A stretch of 64,000 bases of DNA from Eledone cirrhosa (GCA_964016885.1 OZ024748.1:26660001-26724000), one strand, 5' to 3'; positions 26,809-38,780 are shown, counted from the first letter of the stretch. Program-made: numbers and translations. The notes: generated by a model not told the origin, from the sequence alone.

Positions 26809-26866
26809 GTACATATCTTGGAGTTCACTAACTTGGGTTGTTACATACACACAGCAGTAATACAAG
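26809..26866 (+). other. Candidate 58-nt internal exon (UTR or coding, VHILEFTNLGCYIHTAVIQ in phase 0)
   Basis: Acceptor TTATTTTTATTTGCAG and donor AAG/GTAAGA in non-repetitive sequence; upstream donor CAG/GTAAGA at 25806. Confidence 0.4.
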
Positions 26867-28209
26867 GTAAGACAACAACATACTTTATTTACCTGCCAAC
26901 TGATTGATTTCATTCTTCAATAATCCCATATCTAATCTCAGAGTATCATCAGTTAAATACCGTATTTCCTGGTGCCAAAGACGTTTTGTCCTTGAGGACG
27001 CACTCTAATTTTGACAACCAAAAATAAAAAATAAAAAATAAACGACCTTTGGCCTCCAGGACGCATGGTAGATTTTTTAGACTTATTTTAGGAAAATATC
27101 TAAAAATGGGTTTCTTTATAGTATTTTTACTGGAGGACAGATTGTTGTGGATATTTACAGTATTAGAGTAAAGACATTAATTTTTAATGTGATGCATTCA
27201 TAGTGCTGTTTTGCAAGGCTATATTAACCTATGATTGGTTCCCTAGATTTTCAGGTATTTGGGGAGTGGAGCCTTTGGCACTTCAATCTTCAATATGATG
27301 CAGTCATAGTGCTGTTTTGTATATTTCAAGAATGTAGTTTTGTGTGGTACAGGACTTTAAGAGTTAACTCAGTAACAGCTGAGACAGTAAAGGGGGTTGG
27401 CTGAGATATCAGATGAACTGTCAGGGTTTATATATACCAACACAGTTTTTGTTTTGTTGTCATTCTGAGGCGCATTCTTGACCTTTTACTGGGCTTCTGA
27501 GACAGGTGAGAAAAAAGGAGGATGTTATCCAGTCACCCAGTAGACTCTGCTAAAGGCACCCAAGAACCATGTTGTATAATTATTTCATAATATCTTGCAA
27601 TGATTTAGAAGTAGAAAATATCTAATAATTCAAATGTTTATAGTATCATTCCTAATGGACGGATTGTTGTGAACATTTTCTGAATTAGAATAAAAATTTT
27701 AATTTTTAGAGTGATGCAGTCACAGTACTGTTTTATACTTTTCAATAATGCCCTGCTAATGTAGTTTCATGTGGTACAGGACATTAAGTGTTAATAAATA
27801 AAAGTCTTCATCATTGACTCCCAACCACCCTCCTATTGAATTACAGAATATTACTCATATGAGGCTATAAACATACTAAGGTTTCAATGCAATATATTAG
27901 ACACTGTAAGCACCAGTTTGAGAGAGAATGAGACAATAAAGCCACTGTCAGGAACTGAACCATGTATCTACAGCTTGCCAAGCAACTGCACAACCCATTG
28001 CATTATAAAGTATCTAACTTTCTCTTTTTCTCCAATGTTTTAACTGTATCTTCAACATCATTTAATTTATCATCATAGTTTTTCTTCCTCTTTTTATGCT
28101 GGCATGTAATAGAGTCCACTTAGTGTAAAGAAGATAGGCTATTCTGATATCACAACAATAGATTGATTGTCAGTATCTTTAAGAAAATAATGGAAATGTC
28201 TGCTCACCC

Positions 28210-28461
28210 TTAACCTTTTCATGACTATATTTCTAAAACAACAGACTGGCTATGTTTCAATTTATATTTTAAATACTACAATTTGGGGGGATTTAGTAAA
28301 ATAAATAACTTTTGTCATCAAGTTGATGTTTGGGATATAACTTAACAAGATGTTCTTACATAAAATTATGAAATGTTTTAATGTGTATATGAACACTTTA
28401 AAATTAGATTTGGTATTACAAAGCCATAAACAATTTCAGGCATGTTGGTATCAAAGGGTTA
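28210..28461 (-). mobile_element. piggyBac-like MITE family B
   Basis: TTAACCTTTT ... TTGGTATCAAAGGGTTA. Confidence 0.7.
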
Positions 28462-28845
28462 GTAGTTGACTGAGCTACCACTAAATGTCTAATGAGTCCA
28501 GAATGGCATCACTTTTCTCTGACCAAATTGTTTCATAACAAAGGATGTCAATCTTTCTCCTCCTCTTCATCACCATCATCATCATTTAACACCCATTTTC
28601 CCTACTAGTAAAGACTGGCTGGATTCTTCCATATAAATGATATTTGGTATTGTTTCAGAATTCTGCTACACAGTATACAATAGGACCAGAAACACCAACA
28701 CACCATCTCTTCTTCAACTACGCACACACATACACACACAATTGATTGAACAGATGGGTGGGGGAGGTGCAGCAAATTGACTGTGCTAGCAGACGCTTGC
28801 TAAATTGTGCACCTCAAGGAGTGGGAAGACATGAAACAAAGACTA

Positions 28846-28876
<31 letters not shown>

Positions 28877-28881
28877 AGTAT

Positions 28882-28942
28882 ATGATGATTTCTTTTGAAT
28901 GAAACAGTTCTAGTCCTGTAGAAGTCATTTCTATATTAAACA

Positions 28943-28945
<3 letters not shown>
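28882..28945 (+). ncRNA. 5'-truncated hammerhead of the 14289 family
   Basis: ATGATGA-tttcttttgaat-GAA-ACAG ttctagtc CTGT-A-GAAG; stem II loop differs while its pairs are kept. Confidence 0.65.
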
Positions 28946-29009
<64 letters not shown>

Positions 29010-29039
29010 AGTTTGAAGAAGAGTCAGACAAAATATATC

Positions 29040-29285
29040 CAATTTTTTCTTCTTAGTCCGTAGAAATCAACTAGATAAATAATCATTTAAACGGAGCTAA
29101 CTTTTAAATGTAACTTTGAAGAAATAACAGATAAATGTTACAGACTTTCCTCTGTGAGGAACAGTCAGATAACATTTACCTAGTCTTTCCTCTTAATCCG
29201 TAAAAATTAACTAGATAAATAATCAATTAAACGGAGCTAAGTCTAAAATGTAAGTTTGAAGAAAAAAATTATAGATAAACTTTAC
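29040..29285. repeat. ~143-bp direct duplication
   Basis: TCTTA.TCCGTA.AAAT.AACTAGATAAATAATCA.TTAAACGGAGCTAA occurs twice. Confidence 0.85.
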
Positions 29286-29465
29286 CAAAAATTCCTCCAG
29301 TCCCGACCATCGATAGTTTCGCTCGTACTTTGTGGATATGTCTAATCGTAGTATTTTCCATGCGGCTCCGAGCTTTTCAAGAGACTCCCTCAGTTTGGAC
29401 CAAAGTTTCTAAAGTGATCGCCGCCAGTAACGAATTCAAAAGAGGTGAAAAACATCACGTGGCTA
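29286..29465 (-). promoter_or_regulatory. CpG-rich patch: candidate promoter and first exon of a minus-strand gene
   Basis: High CpG density in a CpG-poor region, CACGTG E-box at ~29456, minus-strand donor TTG/GTAAAG at 29286; possible ATG at 29361 giving MENTTIRHIHKVRAKLSMVGTGGIF. Confidence 0.35.
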
Positions 29466-29554
29466 ACGGTCAAAGTAGAAGAGTTGTGAAGGGTAGGCTG
29501 GATGGTAAGTAGGTTCATTGCTAGAAAAAGCATTAGTCAATTTATATATGTATG

Positions 29555-29605
<51 letters not shown>

Positions 29606-29756
29606 AAAGTGAGTGTACAAACTAATCAAGAAGGAGAGGTTAGTTGTGAGAATTATAAGCCAGTAGTGAAGAGTATTAAGTGCAAGACAAGTGAACAGTA
29701 AATAAATTTATTTAAGAATTTGGTTCTGCATTCTCTAACAATAATTTATATATATA

Positions 29757-30046
29757 TCATCATCATCATCATCATTTCATTTTACGTCCGTTTTTCCCTG
29801 CTTGCAAGGGTAGGACGGGAACTGATTCTGGCTTGATTTCTACAGCTGGATGCCCTTCCTAACACCAACCTCATTTACAGTGAGTGCTGGGTGCTTTTTT
29901 GCCGTGGTGCCTACACGTCCACTTTACAGTGAGTGCTGGGTGCTTTTTTTGCCGTGGCACCTCCACGACCACTTTACAGTGGAATGATATGGACCCCAGT
30001 CCCTATCATCTCATTTCTACAGCTGAGTAAACTGGAGCAATGTGAA
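29757..30046 (-). mobile_element. SINE family B, head truncated
   Basis: Near-identical to 11201-11430, with an extra tail subrepeat. Confidence 0.92.
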
Positions 30047-30164
30047 ACACAGAGTCAGGTTTGATCACCACATTGATCGTGCCTCGAGCTGGTCGCCCGA
30101 GAAACAATTGTAATATGTCCAATAAATTCCTTTCGTCGCAACACTGATTCGTTTTTTTCTGTGA

Positions 30165-30215
<51 letters not shown>

Positions 30216-30246
30216 AGAACAAAAGATGGTTAAAAGAGTTCCATGT

Positions 30247-30315
30247 ATTTTATTATGCGCATTTCAAAAACAAATATCATCATGCAATAATATTTGTGTT
30301 TTCATCAGATAAAAC
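30247..30315 (-). ncRNA. Type I hammerhead ribozyme in a solo Penelope terminal fragment (30212-30381)
   Basis: Reverse complement of 54687-54755: GTTTTAT-CTGATGA-long stem II-GAA-ATGCGCAT-A-ATAAAAT. Confidence 0.85.
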
Positions 30316-30684
30316 AGGAAGACATGATATGAAGGTTAAAAAAACACTTGTGGATAGTGCAGTTTTAAATCAACATATGTTGAGTGCTTCTTATCCGATA
30401 TCTGCATTGCTTTATTGTACTACAATAAAACTCACCTCCTACATATATATATATATATATATATGTATAAAGAGAGAGAAAGAGTCTGTCTGTGGTGCTG
30501 GGAAGGGGAGACCACTAATCATGGTGGGAGTTCTCAATGTATGGAGAGATGCAGAGTAGGTATAGAGATATGTAAAATCCCGACTACGGCATCAAGTGGT
30601 TTTAGTTTCACTTGGTGGCACAGTCAGGATTTTACCTATCACCTCCCCGCTCTCTCCCTCTCTCTCAATATATATAGTTTAGGT

Positions 30685-31164
30685 CAGGCATGTCAAACTG
30701 AGGGTCTCCTGAGTGCTACATGGGTCACATATGTGTTGTCTGAGGGCCACATGGGTCACATATGTGTTGTCTGAGGGCCACATGGGTCACATATGTGGTG
30801 TCTGAGGGCCACATGGGTCACATATGTGTTGTCTGAGGGCCACATGGGTCACATATGTGGTGTCTGAGGGCCACATGGGTCACATATGTGTTGTCTGAGG
30901 GCCACATGGGTCACATATGTGTTGTCTGAGGGCCACATGGGTCACATATGTGGTGTCTGAGGGCCACATGGGTCACATATGTGGTGTCTGAGGGCCACAT
31001 GGGTCACATATGTGTTGTCTGAGGACCACACACGACAACTAATTGCGCACATTACAACTAATTTTTAAAATTTTATATTATGCAGATAAAATATGCTATA
31101 GCTGTAAATACCTTTGAGCAGGCCACAGGTGTGTTTGTAAAGGGCCGCATGTTTGACATGCATG
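30685..31164. mobile_element. hAT-type MITE with internal 31-bp minisatellite
   Basis: TIR CAGGCATGTCAAAC / GTTTGACATGCATG; 8-bp TSD GTTTAGGT / GTTTAGAT; about 10 copies of GAGGGCCACATGGGTCACATATGTGTTGTCT. Confidence 0.88.
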
Positions 31165-31609
31165 GTTTAGATAGTTCAGTAGGTTTGTGGTTTACTAAGG
31201 AAGGTACCAATATTAGCACGCAATTCTATAGCAGAGTACATACATTCAGAAGAACAAAACAAAGTTTCACATTGAAGTTTTTATTGATTAGGCTCAGTTA
31301 TGGGCATTTCACAGATGAGTGACTAGAGCTTCATATTTGTGTTTATAGACCCAACTCCAGCCCCAATCTGCTCATTAGACTTGTTAATCAAGTAAAACCA
31401 GAAATTCATCTGAGAGTATGCTAGCTCAAATGGAGTATATATATATATATGTGCATATATATATGTGTGTCTGTGTGTGTTTGCAGAGCTGATGAGTGAA
31501 GAGATGCTGTACTGAGAAGGACCACCTGTCTAACCCATGCAAGCATGGAACAGTGGACATAAGATTTTGATGATGATATATATATATGTATGTATGTATG
31601 TATGTATTG

Positions 31610-31735
31610 AAGACACGTGGCTGAATAGTTAGAGAATTAGATTTACAATCGTGAGGTTGTGCCTTCAATTCCTGGACCAGGCGATGTGTTATGTCCTTGG
31701 GCAAGACACTTTATTTCATGTTGCTCCTTCTACCT
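31610..31735 (+). mobile_element. Older SINE family B head
   Basis: tRNA-like A and B boxes followed by TGTCCTTGGGCAAGACACTTTATTTCA. Confidence 0.75.
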
Positions 31736-31821
31736 GGAGTTGCAACCAATAGATAGTATTAGCAATAGGAAAGACTAATGAAAACATTGTTTCCCTGGTC
31801 CAATTTGATGAAAGTTGATAT

Positions 31822-32360
31822 ATATGAAAGACGACAGCTGTATAAAAAAGTGCAGGGCGATAAAAATAGACGGTAGCCACGGAGTAGGCAGACCCAGAAA
31901 AACGTGGGACGACTTGATAAATTCCGACCTCACACACTTACACCTCTCCAAGACAATGTCACTGGACCGAGATCTTTGGCGCTACACAGTTATACAGAAG
32001 ACCCGCCTTGCCTAAGTACAACGCGAAACCTAGTCAGAAGGCACCTCTAACAAAATACCCCCCCCCCCTTAAATGTGAAGTTATGTTGGTACCACAACAT
32101 GCATCCGAAACAAATGAGGTCGTGTAGGTGTCACGACAAAAAAACACACAGTCCACGCTGTAATGTGGCCGTGTAGGTAACACGGTAAAAACCTCCCAGT
32201 CCACACTGTAAATGTGGTTGGTGTTAGGAAGGGCATCTAGCCATAGAAAACCCGCCACACAGTCCTATACGAGCAGGATAACCAATCTTGCCTCAAGTGG
32301 GAAAACTCCCGTCCAAACCCATGCAAGCATGGAAGATGGACGTTAAACGATGATGATGAT
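31822..32360 (+). mobile_element. RTE LINE 3' end
   Basis: MKDDSCIKKCRAIKIDGSHGVGRPRKTWDDLINSDL..QKTRLA stop, then UTR and (GAT)n tail. Confidence 0.93.
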
Positions 32361-32651
32361 ATATATACACACACATCATATATACTCCTGTATAAATCTC
32401 ACTTCCATTTTACATACATTTACAATGTACCAAATACCATATATTTCAAACTGAGCTTTTGTAAACATAATAACAGTAATAATTATGACAGCGGTGCAGA
32501 TATGACAGTACAGTTAAGACGTTTACTTTGCAACCACGTGGTTTCATATATAGTACACCAATGTCTTGTCAGAGGGAATTTGGCAGACGGAAGTTCTACA
32601 AACCCTGTAGTATGCATCTCTCTCGCTCTCTCTCTCTATCTATATCATATA

Positions 32652-32962
32652 TCATCATCATTTCATTTTACGTCCGCTTTTTCCCTGCTTGCAAGGGTGG
32701 GACGGGAACTGATTCTGGCTTGATTTCTACAGCTGGATGCCCTTTCTAACACCAACCTAATTTACAGTGAGTGCTGGGTGCTTTTTTGCCGTGGAATGAT
32801 ATGGATCCCAGTCCCTTTCATCTCATTTCTACAGCTGAGTAAACTGGAGCAATGTGAAATAAAGTGTCTTGCTCAAGGAAACAACACATCACCCGGTCTG
32901 AGAATTAAACTCACAACCTTTCGATTGCAAGGCCAATGCTCTAACCACTAAGCCATGTGTCT
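32652..32962 (-). mobile_element. SINE family B
   Basis: Near-identical reverse complement of 40928-41240. Confidence 0.93.
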
Positions 32963-33734
32963 ATATATGTATATATATATAAATAAAAATATATAAACAT
33001 ATACTCCAAACCCATGCAAGCATGGAAGATGGACGTTAAACGATGATGATGATACTGAATATATAAAATGCAGGATGTCTGAGGTTCGCAGTCAAGCAGC
33101 AGTAAGGCCACCAAAAGTCTTATTTAATTCATTCCCTTTAAACATGTTTTTCCGATTTTTAGCATTTATAATTATATTCATCATCATCATCATCATTGTT
33201 GTTTAACGTTTATTTTCCATGCTGGCATGAGTTGTCCCATTTCAGACAAGGCAGGTCTGGTGACCATGTCTTGCTTCTACATAACAGTTTCTGGTTTGGT
33301 TTCTACAGCTCAATGCCCTTCGTAACACCAACCACATTTAAAATGTAGGCTGGATGCTTTTTGTAGTGAAACCTACACGACCACTTTACAGTGTTGACTA
33401 GGTGCTTTTTATTGTGGTACCATAATGACCATTTTACAGTGTAGGCTGGGCTCTCTTTATCAAGTCACCAACTAAAATATTGGTACCCTTGAAATATGTA
33501 TAATAAAATAAATATGGTTTTATAAAGATATTTTCCATTTATTAATATTATTGATATTAATTATACTCTGGAAAAACTCGTTGAGTGCTTCTAATCTGTT
33601 ATAAATTAACTTTGTTGAATAATCAACAAACGAAATAACTCATTGTTTATATATATATATATATATAATATTTATTAAAATAACAGATTAATGTTTTAGT
33701 ATTCACATTTATTATTATTACTATATATATATAC

Positions 33735-33796
<62 letters not shown>

Positions 33797-34431
33797 GTGA
33801 ACTAATCTCTCTGCGTTTGCCTAACAGTTGATACTAATAGCAGTGAAGTTTGTTTATGCCATACATAAGCAAAGGTCCCATGATGTAGTAATTTGATGGG
33901 GGTCAACATCAGGAAGAAAATGAAGATGTAGAAAACTGCCTCAAAAAAAGCTTCGTCCAACCCATGCCAGCATGGAAAAAAATGGATGTAAAAACTTTGA
34001 TGATAATAATAACAATAGCAATGCTAGTGTTTATAGAAGGGATTAGCAAATAATCCTCCTACATTCACATAGATAATAAGGTAGTAGTATGTGGATAGTT
34101 TTGCTCCCAGTATCACTGGTTATAGCCAGTAATAACCAGTAACAACCAGTAATTATTGCCATTATAATGAGAGAGTGGTCTGAATTTAATGCCTTCCAGG
34201 CCATTTTATCATCATTAACTAAGAAGGAATTTGGACCAATTCTTTGTTCACTGATCTCTTCTTACTTTCTAACTTTCTCTTCCAAATATTTCAGCACCTA
34301 AACAGTCAGAGATACCATTAAAACACGAGAAATCTCTTATGAGATGCAACCTCATAGGCGGCCAGCTGAACTTGCATAGGTGTAATCCATATATTTAATT
34401 ATTTTTTCCGTCAGTGTGTATTTGTGTGTGT

Positions 34432-34469
<38 letters not shown>

Positions 34470-34472
34470 GTC

Positions 34473-34573
34473 TGCAGTGCTGTGACCGGGAGATCACTAA
34501 TCAAAAGGCTTGCTGAACACCCCAGCCGAAACTGTTTGGCACTGTGGTGTAGGGATTTAGCATATCTTTATAA

Positions 34574-34612
<39 letters not shown>

Positions 34613-34687
34613 TATATGTGCCAAGCAGTTTCGGCTGGGGTGTTCAGCAAGCCTTTTGATTAGTGATCTCCCAGCCACAGTACTGCA
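34473..34687. repeat. 70-bp inverted repeat around a (TA)n loop
   Basis: Arms 34473-34542 and 34618-34687 (GGGAGATCACTAATCAAAAGGCTTGCTGAACACCCCAGCCGAAAC). Confidence 0.9.
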
Positions 34688-34694
34688 CACTACA

Positions 34695-34738
<44 letters not shown>

Positions 34739-34844
34739 CCCATGTGGGTAAAACATTATGTAAGATTTATATAAAGAACTTGTTATAATGGCTAGTAACT
34801 CCTTCATTCATTCATTTGGTTATATATATATATATATATATAAA

Positions 34845-36450
34845 TATTTCGTTTCTGAATTTGTTTAGCAAGATTCTTTATCTGAAATCGTGTGTTGAAA
34901 CTGATATTGTTATACTTTGGGAGGGTCATGTTGCCAATAAGAAACACATGCACCAGTTGCTTTCACTTCAATTTATTATTATAATAAATTTATAAATTTA
35001 TAAATTTCTGGTTGGTTCGTTGGTTCCACAACCAGATAGTTGTTTATATATTGTCATAGTTCTTTCGTCACACACTCTGTGACCTCTTCAGTGACTGGGG
35101 ATTCCTTTCTTTGTTTCTGTGCCTCTCCTTTGTTCTGTCCTACGCCATATTATTTCTGTGTGTGTGTTGTGTACTCAGTCTGGGCATGCGCCACATCCGG
35201 GTGTCTGTGTGTGTTTATGTTCATTTATTTATTTGTTTATTTACATGTTACTGGTTGGTTGTTTGTTCTATGTGTGTGTGTGTTTTCATTTTGTCCTTAA
35301 TTGTAAGTTGTGATGTTGCTGTTCCACTCATATTTTCTATTTAATTTTGATTGTAATTCTTTTATGTTTATTGCCTCTGTAATTTGTCTAAACATTGTGT
35401 CTTTTCTGTGTGTAGATTCTATTTTTATTTCTATGTTCTCTAATTTACCCTTGTGTTCTATCTTAGCATGTTGGTAGAGTACAGATGATTCTTTACTATC
35501 TTGAAGGTCTCGCCAGTGTTCATTTATCCGTTCCCCTACACTACGAGCTGTCTCACCTATGTACACTATATTTTTGTCTCTACATTGTCCTTCAGTACAT
35601 CTTATGCTATACACTACATTTCTAGTTTTACAGTTAATATGGGGGCTTATTTTACAGGTTATACATTTCTTATCTATACATGAGGGTCTTTGAAAAGGGT
35701 ATGTCTTGCTAATAAGTGTTTTTACGGAGGTACCTGGTCTTTCTACTATCTTAATATTGAGTTTATGTTTATTTAGGGCCCGTCTAAATTTGTAAGCTAA
35801 TTCACCTCTAGGGGTTGTATCGATGAACATTACACTCTGGTATTTATTGCTATCATACCATGAGTTTATTCTATTAGCCTTGTTCCTAGTTCTTTCTATT
35901 CTATTCCAAAATTTGCTCCTATACAAGGGGCAGGTCCCATTTATGTCATTATTTACCATTTTTTCTCATTTGGTTCTGGCTCCTCTATACACTCTGATTT
36001 TATCTCTCTGATTGTAGCCAGAGAACTGCATACGGTGGATGAAGTGTTGCATGTGTCTCTCTAGTTCTTCGGGGTTGCACATGCGGGACACGTTTCTCAT
36101 CACCCATACCAAATCCGCAATCAGTATGTTGATTTTGGTATGGTCCGAAACGGCCGAGTTTCGGTGGATCAGATGTTTGGAAGTCATGGGTTTGGCATAA
36201 TGGGAATGGAGGATTTGTTTTTTGTTATTAATGGTATCTAACAGAGCTCTGTGTCTAGTACGGGTAATCGATGGTTGGGGTGTTTACTTGGGTAGTCTAT
36301 AGTAACTCTAATGCTCTGGTGGATGGAGTTAGCTATTTGCTGGATGCTTTCCATTGTGTTTTTCTCTAGTTCCTGACTGTTCTCTAGTGGGGGTGTCTTA
36401 ACTACGATGTTTATATCATCAACGTAGCGGGAGTAAACCATGTCATCTGT
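34845..36450 (-). mobile_element. 5'-truncated Penelope-like retroelement (RT, GIY-YIG endonuclease, 3' UTR with hammerhead)
   Basis: YSRYVDD, LPVLD, HYAKPM, Cys-rich linker CIDKKCITC..C, VVYSIRC..YIGETARSVGERINEH; one frameshift near 36240 and an in-frame TGA at 35966. Confidence 0.92.
35053..35095 (-). ncRNA. Minimal hammerhead in Penelope 3' UTR
   Basis: Minus strand GTCA-CTGAAGA-g GTCACA gagtg TGTGAC-GAA-AG aa CT-A-TGAC, about 200 nt after the GIY-YIG stop. Confidence 0.7.
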
Positions 36451-36451
36451 A

Positions 36452-37230
36452 AATTATCTTGTAGTTACAATATGATTTCATATTTTGTTTCTTTATTCCT
36501 TTCATATCTTGACTGTGTTTGGATTTTTATATCACTGATGAAATAGTTGTAAATATTTGGTTTTTCTCCTGAAAGTGGCTGAAGTGGTCCAATTCTGTGG
36601 TACACTTGACCTTGGATCTTGAAAGTGGACATAGAGCCACCTTCATGTATGACATTTGGAATGCAGTATTGTACTTCTGCATATTTTGAAGAAAGTGTCT
36701 TGATTCAGTAATTGTACTAATCAGCAGTCCCCTCAAATTTTCTGGTTGCTCATGTAATAGTCTAAACTTTCCATTTAAACAGCACAATACAGTTGACTCA
36801 CCATTCCATTTTTTAGCACCACAATTTGGACAAATTTTGTTCATTGAGGAAATTTGAATTAAAGGTTCTGAGGCATTTTCTTGATGTGGGTTGTAACAAA
36901 AAACAGCAAAGTTCCACTTGGAAACCTTTTTGAATCAAAAATCTTCAGTTCTTGCTCCCTGTACACATAGCCTTTGAGTTGTTTCAGTTTCAGTTTCTTC
37001 ATGCTGCCTTTGAACTGCTCCTTGAGGATTTTTGTACATCTGATTCCTGCCACCAATAGATTGAATGCACGTAACGCACTTGTTTTAGTCATATCTCATT
37101 TCATGCAGGAAAGTGAGGGGATGTTCAATACTGAAGCAAGCGTATGTGTTTTGCTTTAGTGTTGGCTACCATTGACAAACACGGTCCTCGGATACGTCTC
37201 GATTTACGAAGCAGGTTTTCCAACACCAAT
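36452..37230 (-). mobile_element. Helitron RepHel N-terminal fragment (pseudogene)
   Basis: MNKICPNCGAKKWNGE..CCLNGK...FLQNMQKYNTAFQMS is the characteristic Helitron zinc-binding and RxYNxAF region; frameshifted. Confidence 0.85.
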
Positions 37231-37259
37231 TATATATATATAGATATATATAAATATAT

Positions 37260-37443
<184 letters not shown>

Positions 37444-37529
37444 TATATAAATAAATGACCGGAACAAGTAAACATTAAACAATCTTTTAAATAAATTAAA
37501 ATACGATTTAAATATTCACTTGTTCTAGT

Positions 37530-37609
37530 GCTGTGACCGACGGTTTCGCTTATCAAAAGATTGGAAATTCAGAGAATTTCCAATGGAAAGAATCAGCTCT
37601 TCAGACAGC
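37530..37609 (-). ncRNA. Type I hammerhead ribozyme with canonical GUC site
   Basis: Minus strand GCTGT-CTGAAGA-gct..attggaaatt ctctg aatttccaat..agc-GAA-ACC gtc GGT-C-ACAGC. Confidence 0.85.
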
Positions 37610-37886
37610 TATTTCCATACCACAGGGCACAAAAGCCTTGTAGTAGTAATTATATTGCTTTCTGCCCAATGTATGAGGTCAGGCCGTTAAAGTGACCTAC
37701 ACATAAATAGGCTGTTAGAAAAAGCGGGAATTATAGACTTGTTGAAATTTCATGTTACTAGAAATAGCAGCACGATACAACATTTTTTCTCTACATAGAA
37801 GGAGAATACAAATAAATGATATAAATATTTCCATGGGTACTTAGTACCTACTGGAATATATATATAAAACTTAACTGAATGAAAAT

Positions 37887-37945
37887 GTTGTCTGAAGAAT
37901 TACAGACATGTGCTACATCACCTGTAATGAAAGCTCTAGGATAAA
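37887..37945 (+). ncRNA. Hammerhead motif with decayed stem I
   Basis: CTGAAGA-ATTACAG..CTGTAAT-GAA-AGCTCT-A; perfect 7-bp stem II base. Confidence 0.55.
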
Positions 37946-38254
37946 TTCAAGAGCGAATGACGTATATGGAAATATATCAAACAATATATATATATATATT
38001 AAAAAGAAACAAAACACAGAAGCTACCATGAGTTGCTCGGATTGCTAAAACTATGCACTGAATCTCCCTGTAACCTCACTGTCTACTGTCTAAATAGAAG
38101 AGGAGGAGAAGGAGACATATTATATCCAGGATAGATGTCATCCTGGATATATTATACTGTAAGATATACAGAATATGTTCATTGCTTGAACACCTTTCAT
38201 TATAGGTTGACTGGGTCAGACAACACACACACACATACACACTGCATACATGTA

Positions 38255-38780
38255 TGATGGCTGCAACTCGATTTTGAGTAATGCCATCACTTGATATTTA
38301 AGCATGAGTATCGCAGATGTGACTTTTTAGTCCTGCTAGGGACTTGCCTATGGCCAGCAATGCGATGCACCACAAAATAAGTCACATATGAAGTGATGCC
38401 TGTGCTTGGAGCTTTTTTAAGTGAGGAAAGGCTTTGCACAGCACCAATCCCACTCTCTGAACATCGAATGCATTTACTCCCAAAGTAGAACTGGTCTACA
38501 TCATTGGATGCAAAGAAAGTCGCAGGTTTGATATCAAAGTGGCCTTCTCCTAGAGAGATGTCTTAATCAAGAATAGGAGTCTCTCGCTCCACAAAAAAAA
38601 AATACTGTGTAGCCTCTGACTCTCCTAAGTTCCTCCGCTCTTTGATAGGTTTTGTTTTTCATCCCACAGGGTGTCCATAAAACCCTCCTGATGGGGTTGA
38701 CAGTTTAGTCGCCAATGACCTGACCATGCGCAGGTTGTACCGAGTTACATGTTACCAGTAGCGCTGAAGAGCAGCCTGGC
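38255..38780 (-). mobile_element. Non-autonomous retroelement (probable RTE-derived bipartite SINE)
   Basis: 3' part shared with 44520-44756 and 62763-63015; no ORF; flanked by TACA/TATG repeats. Confidence 0.6.

Noticed and set aside
35966-35968. In-frame TGA in the Penelope-like ORF as selenocysteine
   Set aside because: The context ARTK*EKM fits a TGG-to-TGA mutation rather than a conserved Cys site, the copy also has a frameshift, and no SECIS was recognised
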